A stretch of 61,842 nt of DNA from an uncultured Candidatus Saccharibacteria bacterium. GTDB lineage: Bacteria; Patescibacteriota; Minisyncoccia; Portnoybacterales; UBA2143. Below, piece by piece: positions 9,430 to 18,389 of this stretch (positions within the stretch are counted from its first letter, which is position 1; every line of letters starts with the position of its first letter). The notes beneath the pieces are model-generated. The model saw only the letters and a list, made by a program, of their open reading frames with translations. It had not been told where the DNA came from and made no database searches. The stretch lies in the NCBI GenBank assembly GCA_964629675.1, contig CAZVUG010000010.1, forward strand, positions 1 to 61,842, given 5' to 3'. The translations under genes were made by a program, and so were the position numbers.

Positions 9430-12045
9430 ATGTCTTTATTTAGTAAAATATTTGGCAATGCCAACGAAAAAGAAATAACAAAAAATCAGAGCATTGTCGA
9501 TGAAATTAATAATCTTGAATCTGGGCTTGAACATTTGTCTGATGAACAGTTAAAAGCCAAGACGGAAGATTTAAAAAAAAATTTATCTGAAAATAAAAAA
9601 TTAGACGATATTCTGCCAGAAGCATTTGCTTTAGTCAGAGAATCAGCTAAAAGAACTTTAAAACAGCGTCATTTTGATGTACAAATTTTAGGAGGAATTG
9701 CTCTCCATCAAGGGAAAATAGCTGAAATGAAAACCGGTGAAGGCAAAACCCTAGCAGCTACTTTGCCTATTTATCTTAATGCTCTTGCTGGTAAGGGGGT
9801 CCACGTAGTTACAGTTAACGATTACTTGGCTCGTCGAGATGTTAACTGGATGGGCCCAATTTATTATTTACTAGGTCTTTCTTGCGCTTGTATCAATCAT
9901 GAAAAAGCGTATATTTTTGATCCTCAAGTAGAACCAGACAAAAACGAAATAACTGTTGAGATGGAAAATTTAAGGGAGATTTCCCGTAAAGAAGCTTATC
10001 AGGCAGATGTTACTTATGGAACCAATAACGAATTTGGCTTTGATTACTTGCGTGATAATATGGCGCCTTCTTTGGAAGCAATGGTTCAGCGAGAACCTTA
10101 TTTTGCTATAATTGACGAAGTTGATAGCATTTTGATTGATGAGGCAAGAACGCCCCTGATTATTTCTGTTCCTGACGCTGAATCAACTAAGATGTATCAG
10201 CAGTTCAGCAGTCTTGTCCCTCAATTAAAAGAAAATGCTGATTATAATATTGATGAAAAGATGCGGGCGGTTACCTTGACGGAAGATGGTATTAGCCGGG
10301 TAGAAAAGATTTTAGGAATGGAAAATATTTATGAAGAAGGCGGTATTCGCTATGTTCATCATTTAGAACAAGCTTTGAGAGCTAAAGTATTATTCAAAAA
10401 AGACAGAGATTATGTTGTTAAGAATAATGAAGTAATTATTGTCGACGAATTTACTGGCCGCCTTATGCCGGGACGTCGCTATTCAGAAGGCCTCCATCAA
10501 GCTTTAGAAGCAAAAGAAGGAGTTAGAGTTCAGCAAGAAAGCCGCACTTTATCTTCAATAACTTTTCAAAATTATTTCAGAATGTATCCGAAATTAGCCG
10601 GCATGACCGGAACAGCTTATACCTCCAGAGAAGAATTCCAAATTGTTTATAACCTTGATGTGATGGTTATCCCTACCCATAAGCCGATGATTAGGAAAGA
10701 CTTAATGGACGGTATTTATCGGACAGAAAAAGGGAAAGTTCAATCTCTTGTCAAAGAAATTAAAGAAAGGCACCAAAAAGGCCAGCCAGTTTTAGTTGGA
10801 ACCGTCTCTATTGAAAAGAACGAACTGCTCTCTTTGTATTTAAAACGGGAAGGAATTCCCCATAAGTTGCTTAATGCTAAAAACCATGAAGAGGAAGCAA
10901 AAATTCTTGCGCAAGCTGGAGAAAAAGGAGCCGTCACTGTAGCTACCAATATGGCTGGCAGAGGAGTCGACATAATCTTGGGCGGCAGGGATAAAAATAG
11001 CGACAGCGACACTTTGAAAAAACGCCATGAAGAAGTAGCTAATCTGGGCGGACTTTTTGTCATTGGCACAGAAAGGCATGAAGCAAGAAGAATTGACGAT
11101 CAGCTAAGAGGCCGTGCCGGCCGGCAGGGAGATCCTGGCTCTAGCCAATTCTTTGTTTCTTTAGAAGATAGCTTAATGCGAATATTTGGTGGCGATAGAG
11201 TAAGGGCAATGATGAAAACTTTAAGAGTTCCTGAAGATCAGCCTATTGAAAGCGGATTTATTTCTAAAGCGATTGAATCAGCTCAGGCGAAAATTGAAGG
11301 ATATAATTTTGATTTGCGCAAGCACATTTTAGAATACGACGATGTCATGAACCGCCAACGAGAGACTATTTATAAAAAGAGAAAAGAAATTTTAGCTAAA
11401 AAAAATATTAAAGATGATATTTTAGATTCTATTAAAGAAGAAATTGAAAAAATTGTTCATTTCCATACCCAAGATCAGCAAGCAGAAAATTGGAATTATA
11501 AAGAAATAAGCGAGACGATGAGAAGCATTTTTTCTGTGCCAGAAAATTTAGAAGATGATTTGAGAAAATTTAAAGATAAGGATAAAATCTCTCAATCTTT
11601 AACTAAATTAGCTGAAGAAGCTTACCAGAAGAAAGAGGCAGAATTAAAAGAAGAAAACATGAGAAATGTTGAGAAGTTTGTTCTGTTACGAATTATCGAT
11701 AATTTATGGATGAACCATTTAGAAAACATGGATTATTTGAGAGATAGCGTTAGATTAAGAGCTTACGGCCAGAAAGATCCTTTGGTAGAATATAAAAATG
11801 AAGGAATTAGATTATTCCACAAATTATTAGAATCTATTGAGAGTGCTCTAGTCAGCACTATTTATAAAGTAAGCCTGACGCCGGCAACGCCTAGCCCTCC
11901 CCAACAAGTTATTTTAAATAGGTATCAAAATTTGGCAAAATCTTCTAGCGGAGAAAAACATAAAAAAATTGGCCGGAATGATCCTTGTCCTTGTGGCAGC
12001 GGAAAAAAATATAAAAATTGTTGCTATCCTAAATACGGTCGGTAA
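9430..12045 (+). CDS. secA: preprotein translocase ATPase SecA
   Basis: 871 aa with MKTGEGKTL Walker A, DEVDSILIDEARTPLIIS, TNMAGRGVDI and the C-terminal zinc motif CPCGSGKKYKNCC. Confidence 0.98.
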   Translation: MSLFSKIFGNANEKEITKNQSIVDEINNLESGLEHLSDEQLKAKTEDLKKNLSENKKLDDILPEAFALVRESAKRTLKQRHFDVQILGGIALHQGKIAEMKTGEGKTLAATLPIYLNALAGKGVHVVTVNDYLARRDVNWMGPIYYLLGLSCACINHEKAYIFDPQVEPDKNEITVEMENLREISRKEAYQADVTYGTNNEFGFDYLRDNMAPSLEAMVQREPYFAIIDEVDSILIDEARTPLIISVPDAESTKMYQQFSSLVPQLKENADYNIDEKMRAVTLTEDGISRVEKILGMENIYEEGGIRYVHHLEQALRAKVLFKKDRDYVVKNNEVIIVDEFTGRLMPGRRYSEGLHQALEAKEGVRVQQESRTLSSITFQNYFRMYPKLAGMTGTAYTSREEFQIVYNLDVMVIPTHKPMIRKDLMDGIYRTEKGKVQSLVKEIKERHQKGQPVLVGTVSIEKNELLSLYLKREGIPHKLLNAKNHEEEAKILAQAGEKGAVTVATNMAGRGVDIILGGRDKNSDSDTLKKRHEEVANLGGLFVIGTERHEARRIDDQLRGRAGRQGDPGSSQFFVSLEDSLMRIFGGDRVRAMMKTLRVPEDQPIESGFISKAIESAQAKIEGYNFDLRKHILEYDDVMNRQRETIYKKRKEILAKKNIKDDILDSIKEEIEKIVHFHTQDQQAENWNYKEISETMRSIFSVPENLEDDLRKFKDKDKISQSLTKLAEEAYQKKEAELKEENMRNVEKFVLLRIIDNLWMNHLENMDYLRDSVRLRAYGQKDPLVEYKNEGIRLFHKLLESIESALVSTIYKVSLTPATPSPPQQVILNRYQNLAKSSSGEKHKKIGRNDPCPCGSGKKYKNCCYPKYGR

Positions 12046-12052
12046 TAAAATT

Positions 12053-12634
12053 ATGAATAATTTTAGAAATCTTAATTTTCAAGAAGAAAAATTAAAAGAA
12101 AAAATTAAAGAAATTCCTTACGCTAATCAACAGCAAATTTTAAAAGCTTTAGCTGTTGCGAAAAAAAATCATCAAGGCCAGACTCGCGATGAAGGTGATC
12201 CTTATGTCATTCATCCTATTCGTTTGGCTAATTCTTTAATTTATAATTTAGAAATTAAAAATAGCGAAATGATTGCGGCAGCTTTGCTTCATGACGTAGT
12301 TGAGGATACACCTGTAACTATTGAAGAAATTGAAAAAGAATTTGGCAATAAAATAAAGTATTTTGTCCAAATGATGACTAGGGAAAAATATAAAGAAAGC
12401 AAGAAAGAGAAGTGCGAGAAAATTATGCAATCTGGAGAAGAGATTAAGCTTATCAAAGCAGTTGATTATCTAGACAATCTCCGCTCTTTGCGTTTTCGCA
12501 ATGATCGCGGAGAACGCTGGCAGCGTCATTTAAGAGAAGCTGTTGAACTGAATATTCCTTTGGCAAAAGCAACAGGCAATAAATGGCTGATAGAAGAAAT
12601 GGAAAAAGCTTACGAAGAAGTAAAAGATAAATAG
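12053..12634 (+). CDS. HD-domain phosphohydrolase (RelA/SpoT-type (p)ppGpp hydrolase-like)
   Basis: HPIRLA...LLHDVVEDT motif. I placed the start at the ATG at 12053, because the track start at 11969 lies inside secA. Confidence 0.7.
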   Translation: MNNFRNLNFQEEKLKEKIKEIPYANQQQILKALAVAKKNHQGQTRDEGDPYVIHPIRLANSLIYNLEIKNSEMIAAALLHDVVEDTPVTIEEIEKEFGNKIKYFVQMMTREKYKESKKEKCEKIMQSGEEIKLIKAVDYLDNLRSLRFRNDRGERWQRHLREAVELNIPLAKATGNKWLIEEMEKAYEEVKDK

Positions 12635-12636
12635 CA

Positions 12637-13104
12637 ATGGCCTTAAAAATACTTCATTACCGAAATTATATAACAATGATAGAGAAGAGCCGGAATAGCA
12701 AAATGTTCCGGCAGGCATATATTCTAGAAAATGACAAGGGAAAAGATATTTTAAAAAATGGCGAACTTTCTTGCGCTTATTATGTATCAAGCATTTTGAA
12801 AATATTCGATTTGATTTCTTGCCTGCACAGCACAGTAGATGGACTTGTTAAAGATTTAAAAAAAAGTGGCTGGCAAGAGACGAAAAAATTAGAGCCAGGC
12901 AATATTTTAATTTGGCAGGAGAAAAAATTTAAAAACGGCTCGCACAAACATATAGGTTTTTATATTAATCAGTCAAAGGCAATCAGTCATGATAGTTCTA
13001 AAAAAATGCCGGCAGTCCATCATTATACTTTTGGCCAAGCAGATAATCAGCCAAAAAGAAAAATTGTCGAAATACTTACTCATAACTTTATCAATAAATC
13101 TTAA
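12637..13104 (+). CDS. NlpC/P60-like papain-fold cysteine hydrolase candidate, no signal peptide
   Basis: Ordered Cys...His...His pattern: GELSCAYYVSSIL, LEPGNILIW, HKHIGFYINQSKAISH. Confidence 0.45.
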   Translation: MALKILHYRNYITMIEKSRNSKMFRQAYILENDKGKDILKNGELSCAYYVSSILKIFDLISCLHSTVDGLVKDLKKSGWQETKKLEPGNILIWQEKKFKNGSHKHIGFYINQSKAISHDSSKKMPAVHHYTFGQADNQPKRKIVEILTHNFINKS

Positions 13105-13112
13105 TTATTTTT

Positions 13113-13454
13113 ATGTTTTTAAAAGAGCCAAAAAATGATAAAAATTTTTATTGGACTTTACATATTAAGGAAAAGATGAAATATTACAGTATAAGTGAAG
13201 GAAGATTAAGGCGTATTTTGAAAAGTCCTTATCGGACAGAAAAAGGAATTGCTTTAGACACTATTGCTGTCATGCAGCCGGCTGGCACAAAAAAGCCTTC
13301 AGAAATTTGGCTGATGTATCAAATTAAAAATAATAAGAAAAGGATGATCTCTGCTTGGCGCTATCCGGGTGTCAGTCCTCAAGGCGAGCCAATTCCAATA
13401 CCGGATGATATTATGGAGGAACTTAGAAAAATGATTCAGGCTAAAAATAATTAA
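13113..13454 (+). CDS. hypothetical protein
   Basis: 113-aa ORF in an operon-like array. It has a faint DUF4258/BrnT-like N-terminal pattern (FYWTLHIKEKMKYYSISEGRLRRIL), which is weak evidence. Confidence 0.5.
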   Translation: MFLKEPKNDKNFYWTLHIKEKMKYYSISEGRLRRILKSPYRTEKGIALDTIAVMQPAGTKKPSEIWLMYQIKNNKKRMISAWRYPGVSPQGEPIPIPDDIMEELRKMIQAKNN

Positions 13455-13503
13455 TGGTATTTACTTAATTTAATTATTTAATTATTATAAGATAATATCT
13501 TTT

Positions 13504-14946
13504 ATGGGAATTTTTACTAAAAAAGTAGAGCAAAGCGCTCAAAAAAAAGAAAAAAGAAAATTTAGACCACTAGTGGTGTTTATTATTTTTTTAGGCTTGC
13601 TAGCGGTTTTTTTAGATTATCCAACTATTTGGAATAAACCGGTAGATTGGTTAAATCAAAAGATCGGCACAGAGGTTTTGCCTCATTTTTTTGATATTCC
13701 TTTTAAGCTAGGGCTCGATCTGCAAGGTGGCACTCATTTAGTTTATCAAGCAGATTTATCTGAGATTGAGTCAGGCAATCAGAATCAAGCAATGGAAGGA
13801 GTCAGAGATGTTATCGAGCGCCGAATTAATCTTTATGGGGTAGCCGAGCCAGTAGTCCAGATTAATAAGTCAGGTTCTAACTATCGTCTAATTGTTGAAT
13901 TGGCTGGAATTAGGAATGTCGCCCAGGCTATTGAAATGATCGGCCAAACTCCTTCTCTTGATTTTCGGGAAAGAAAAAGCGAAGAAGAAACAGAGAGAAT
14001 CATCGCTCTCCAGGAAGAAGCTGAAAAGAAAATGAATAATGGCGAAGAATTAAATTCAGAAGAACAAACAATTTTATTTGAAGATCCTTATTACCAAAGA
14101 ACCGAATTGACTGGAAGATTTTTAGAAGATGCTCAAATTCAATTTGACCAAAATACTTATCAGCCGAGCGTTAGTTTGCAATTCAATAGTGAAGGAAGTA
14201 AAATTTTTGAAGAACTTACTAAAAAAAATGTAGGCAAGCAAATAGCCATATATTTAGACCAATCTCCTATTAGCGCACCAACAGTCCAAGAAGTTATTGC
14301 TGGTGGAAAGGCGCAAATTAGCGGAAATTTTTCCTTAGACGAAGCTAAAGAATTAGTTCAGAGGCTTAATGCCGGAGCATTGCCGGTGCCGATTGAATTA
14401 ATTAATCAGCAAACTGTTGGGGCAAGCTTAGGCAAGGCTTCTTTGGACCAATCATTGAAAGCTGCCTTTTGGGGATTTTTGATTATTTTAATTTTCATAA
14501 TTTTCTTTTATCGCTTGCCTGGATTAATGTCTGCTTTTGCTCTGCTTATCTATATTGTTATTCTTTTAGCTATTTTTAAAATTATCCCAGTTACGTTAAC
14601 TTTGTCTGGCATTGCTGGTTTTATTTTGTCTGTCGGCATGGCAATTGATGCCAATATCCTTATTTTCGAACGATTAAAAGAAGAAATTCAAAAAGGCAAA
14701 AGCTTAGGGGGAAGTGTTGAAGAAGGATTTAATCGAGCTTGGCCTGCTATCAGAGACGGCAGTCTCTCAACTATTATCACCTGTATTATCTTATTTATTT
14801 TTGCTACAAGCTTAATTAAAGGTTTTGCCTTAACTCTTGGCATTGGAGTGTTGCTGAGCATGTTTTCGGCATTAATAATAACTAAGAATTTTTTGAGAAT
14901 AGTAGTCAAAAATAAGGAAGAATTTAAAAAATGGTTATGGGGATAA
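13504..14946 (+). CDS. secD: protein-export membrane protein SecD
   Basis: LGLDLQGGTHLVY, a large periplasmic domain, and a C-terminal 6-TM block containing GMAIDANILIFERLKEE. Confidence 0.95.
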   Translation: MGIFTKKVEQSAQKKEKRKFRPLVVFIIFLGLLAVFLDYPTIWNKPVDWLNQKIGTEVLPHFFDIPFKLGLDLQGGTHLVYQADLSEIESGNQNQAMEGVRDVIERRINLYGVAEPVVQINKSGSNYRLIVELAGIRNVAQAIEMIGQTPSLDFRERKSEEETERIIALQEEAEKKMNNGEELNSEEQTILFEDPYYQRTELTGRFLEDAQIQFDQNTYQPSVSLQFNSEGSKIFEELTKKNVGKQIAIYLDQSPISAPTVQEVIAGGKAQISGNFSLDEAKELVQRLNAGALPVPIELINQQTVGASLGKASLDQSLKAAFWGFLIILIFIIFFYRLPGLMSAFALLIYIVILLAIFKIIPVTLTLSGIAGFILSVGMAIDANILIFERLKEEIQKGKSLGGSVEEGFNRAWPAIRDGSLSTIITCIILFIFATSLIKGFALTLGIGVLLSMFSALIITKNFLRIVVKNKEEFKKWLWG

Positions 14947-14955
14947 TCAAAATTT

Positions 14956-15837
14956 ATGGAAGTTGTTTCTTATCGTAAAATTTATTTTTCTTTCTCAGCT
15001 TTGTTAATTTTAGGAAGCTTGTTTGGTTTGCTGTCGTGGGGTCTCAATTTAGGAATTGATTTTACTGGTGGAACTTTAATGGAAGTTGAATTTTTAGGAG
15101 AAAGATATTCTAATGCTGAAGTTAATGAAAAATTATCTGAATTAGAATTGGGCCAAGTTCTCTTGCAATCGACTGGCGATCAAGGATTAATTTTAAGATT
15201 AAAAGATATCAACGAAGAAACACATCAGCAAATTTTAAATAAACTTGGCGGAGAGCAAATAGAAGAGAAAAGATTTGAATCAATTGGCCCAGCTATCAGC
15301 GGAGAATTAAAGAAAAAAGCTATCTGGGCTATTGCAATTGCTTTGCTGCTGATCGTTCTGTATATTGCTTGGGCTTTTCGAAAAGTTTCTGGGCCGATTG
15401 CTTCCTGGAAATACGGCTTAGCTGCTTTGATTGCTCTATTTCATGATGTTTTTATTACCTTAGGCGTCTTTTCTCTTATGGGATATTTGCAAGGAGTAGA
15501 AATTGGCCTGCCTATTTTAGCTGCTTTCTTGACTATTTTAGGCTATTCAGTAAATAACAGTATTGTTGTTTTTGACCGGATAAGAGAAAATTTAATTAAG
15601 ACAAATTGGACAGATTTTTCTGAAATTATCAATCAGAGCATTAACCAAAGCTTATCTCGCTGCTTGAATACGGCCTTGACTACTCTTTTTGTCCTTTTGG
15701 CAATTTTCTTCTTGGGCGGAGCAAGTATTAAGTATTTTGCTTTAGCGCTAATTATTGGAATTATTGTCGGGACTTACTCTTCTATCTTTATAACAGCTTC
15801 TTTAGTTGTCTCTTGGCAAAAAAGAAGAAAATCTTAA
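14956..15837 (+). CDS. secF: protein-export membrane protein SecF
   Basis: LGIDFTGGT, HDVFITLG and GYSVNNSIVVFDRIREN motifs, immediately after secD. Confidence 0.95.
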   Translation: MEVVSYRKIYFSFSALLILGSLFGLLSWGLNLGIDFTGGTLMEVEFLGERYSNAEVNEKLSELELGQVLLQSTGDQGLILRLKDINEETHQQILNKLGGEQIEEKRFESIGPAISGELKKKAIWAIAIALLLIVLYIAWAFRKVSGPIASWKYGLAALIALFHDVFITLGVFSLMGYLQGVEIGLPILAAFLTILGYSVNNSIVVFDRIRENLIKTNWTDFSEIINQSINQSLSRCLNTALTTLFVLLAIFFLGGASIKYFALALIIGIIVGTYSSIFITASLVVSWQKRRKS

Positions 15838-15851
15838 ATTCATTTAAATAA

Positions 15852-15880
15852 TTGACTGTTGATAAATAATGTGTTAAGAT
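15852..15880 (+). promoter_or_regulatory. candidate promoter (TTGACT-17-TAAGAT with TG extension)
   Basis: TTGACT at 15852, a 17-nt spacer, then TGTTAAGAT. It lies 31 nt upstream of the ATG at 15911. Confidence 0.4.
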
Positions 15881-15910
15881 TTATTTAAATAATTACTGAG
15901 AATAATTTTT

Positions 15911-16942
15911 ATGCAAAAAAGAGCTTCTCTATACCATCAATTAGTTTCTAAAAGTTTAAAAGAAATTCCTAATCTCAGAACAAGGCAAATAATCAGCTTG
16001 CGTTTTGGTTTAGGTGACGGACAAAAGAAAACTTTAGAAGCTATTGGTCAACAATATAATATTACTAGGGAGCGGGTTCGACAAATAGAGGAAGCCGTTT
16101 TTTCTTATTTCAAGAATTCTAAAAAAATAGAGCTTTTTAAGCCGGCTTTTTCATCTATTGATAATTTTCTAGAAAGAGAAGGCGGAGTTATCAGAGAAGA
16201 AAGATTAATATCTTCTCTTTCAGGAGGAAAATGTCCGGGTGCTTATTGCGGAGATATTCTTTTTATTCTTTTCTTAGGTGATTCTTATCATCGTTTAGTA
16301 GAAACAGAAAAATTTTATCCTCTCTGGACTAATTCTCAAGAATCATTTAAAAAAGCGGAAAAAAGTATTGATTTAATAGTTAAAAAACTATCTCAGGAAA
16401 AAAAGCTGCTTAATTTAAAAAATATCTTTGACTTTTTTAAGGAAAATAATTTTGATCTATCAGAAAAAGCTCTTTATTCCTATTTAGATGTTACGAAAAA
16501 AATTAGCCAGAATAATCTAGGTGATTTTGGCTTAACTCATTGGCCGGAAATTAATCCGCGAGGCGCTAAAGACAAAGCCTATATTATTTTTAAACAAGAA
16601 AATAAGCCGTTGCATTTTAGGGAAGTTGCCCAGGCTATTAATCAATCTGGATTAGGCGTACGGGTTGCTAAAGACCAAACTATTCATAATGAATTGATCA
16701 AAGACAACCGTTTCATCTTAGTCGGACGCGGCACTTATGCTTTAAGAGAATGGGGCTATGAGCCAGGAACAGTCAGGCAAAAAATTGAACAGCTTTTAGA
16801 AAAAAACGGACCTTTGCCTAAAGAAAAAATTTTGGAAGAAATTTTAAAGACGCAAATTGTCAAACCTAATACTGTGCTGATTAACCTTCAGAATCGGCAG
16901 TATTTTATGCGTGATCAAGAAGGGAATTATAAAATAAAATAA
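15911..16942 (+). CDS. DNA-binding protein: N-terminal sigma-70 region-4 HTH plus C-terminal HARE-HTH-like domain
   Basis: N-terminus has ISLRFGLGDGQKKTLEAIGQQYNITRERVRQIEEAV, a sigma r4.2 signature. C-terminus has IHNELIKDNRFILVGRGTYALREWGY, a HARE-HTH signature. Confidence 0.65.
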   Translation: MQKRASLYHQLVSKSLKEIPNLRTRQIISLRFGLGDGQKKTLEAIGQQYNITRERVRQIEEAVFSYFKNSKKIELFKPAFSSIDNFLEREGGVIREERLISSLSGGKCPGAYCGDILFILFLGDSYHRLVETEKFYPLWTNSQESFKKAEKSIDLIVKKLSQEKKLLNLKNIFDFFKENNFDLSEKALYSYLDVTKKISQNNLGDFGLTHWPEINPRGAKDKAYIIFKQENKPLHFREVAQAINQSGLGVRVAKDQTIHNELIKDNRFILVGRGTYALREWGYEPGTVRQKIEQLLEKNGPLPKEKILEEILKTQIVKPNTVLINLQNRQYFMRDQEGNYKIK

Positions 16943-17007
16943 ATTTAAATTCTTTTTAAAAATAATTATATATTTTCCATTTTCGCTTAGGTGAGAATGG
17001 TAGCATT

Positions 17008-18381
17008 ATGTCATATTATCTTTCCTTTATTACTGATTTATTATTCTCTATTTTTATTTTTCTGTTATCTCTATGGTGGATTTATGTTCCTTTTTTACTT
17101 TTGTGGCTAATCAAAGATCTGTGGATTAAATATAAAAGGGATCAATTTATCCAAAATCTAAATTGGATTTTATTAGAAATTATTCCTCCACGAGACGTTA
17201 TTAAAACTCCTCAATCAATGGAACAGTTCTTTGCTGGTTTGCATGGCGCGCAAAGTCCGCTTAATCTTGGCGAATGGTTTCTGGGAGGACAGACTCAGCC
17301 TTGGTTTAGTCTGGAAATAATCAGCCAAGAAGGCAAAATGCATTTTTTGATCAGAACGCTAGCCAATCTTCGCGATTTAGTAGAGGCCCAAATTTACGCC
17401 CAATATCCAGAAACAGAGATTAAAGAGGTCGGTGATTATGTTTACTCAATTCCCGATAATGTTCCGAACAAAGATTATAATATGTGGGGAACAGAATTAA
17501 TCCCGGTTAATAATGAAGCTTATCCAATCAGGACTTATCGTTACTTTTCGCAAGATATTACTCTTGAAGAGCAAAGAGTTGATCCTCTTTCTTCTTTGCT
17601 CGAGACAATGAGCAAGGTAAAGCCTGGCGAACAAGTCTGGGTTCAGATTTTAATCAGGCCGCTTTTAGATGAATGGAAAAAGCCCGGTGAAGATTTAATT
17701 AATAAAATGTTGAATAGAAAAACTCCTAAAAAAGGAGCTGGACCAATTAGCAAAGAGATGTCTGCTTGGAAAAAGACAACGGAAGAAGCAGCTTATCAAT
17801 TAGCTACTGGCAATCTTTTAGAATCTAAAGATGATGAAACAAAACAATCTCCTGATGAAAATCTTCTTCTGTGGATGACTAGAGGAGAAGCAGATAGGGT
17901 TAAAGCAATAGAAGATAAATTAAGCAAAATCGGTTTTGAAACAATTATTCGTTTTATTTATCTGGGGAAAACTGACGTATTTTCGGTTGTGCCTAATGTG
18001 CCGATGTTCTTCGGCTGCATTAAACAGTATAATATTCAAGATCTTAACGGCTTTAAACCAAACGGAAAAACTGGAACGAAAATTAGCTATGGAATTCAAG
18101 GAAAAAAGATTAGAGAAGCTTACCGCAAAAAAAGATTGCTGGCTGATTATAAAAAAAGAAGTTTTGTCCAGTACTCTAATCATATTTCTTACTTAAAACC
18201 CCTTGTCTTTGAAAGGCTACCAATTTTTAATTGGTTTTTTATTAGGAGCAAGCCTTTTATTCTAAATATTGAAGAATTAGCTAGCCTTTACCACTTTCCT
18301 TCAATGGTTGTTAAGGCTCCGCTGTCTCCTAAAGTAGAAGCTAAAAAATCAGAGCCGCCAGTCGGCCTACCAACAGAATAA
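17008..18381 (+). CDS. membrane-anchored protein of unknown function (partner of downstream ATPase)
   Basis: 457 aa with an N-terminal hydrophobic hairpin followed by a large soluble domain. There is an 8-nt gap to the next gene. Confidence 0.6.
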   Translation: MSYYLSFITDLLFSIFIFLLSLWWIYVPFLLLWLIKDLWIKYKRDQFIQNLNWILLEIIPPRDVIKTPQSMEQFFAGLHGAQSPLNLGEWFLGGQTQPWFSLEIISQEGKMHFLIRTLANLRDLVEAQIYAQYPETEIKEVGDYVYSIPDNVPNKDYNMWGTELIPVNNEAYPIRTYRYFSQDITLEEQRVDPLSSLLETMSKVKPGEQVWVQILIRPLLDEWKKPGEDLINKMLNRKTPKKGAGPISKEMSAWKKTTEEAAYQLATGNLLESKDDETKQSPDENLLLWMTRGEADRVKAIEDKLSKIGFETIIRFIYLGKTDVFSVVPNVPMFFGCIKQYNIQDLNGFKPNGKTGTKISYGIQGKKIREAYRKKRLLADYKKRSFVQYSNHISYLKPLVFERLPIFNWFFIRSKPFILNIEELASLYHFPSMVVKAPLSPKVEAKKSEPPVGLPTE

Positions 18382-18389
18382 ATAATAAT

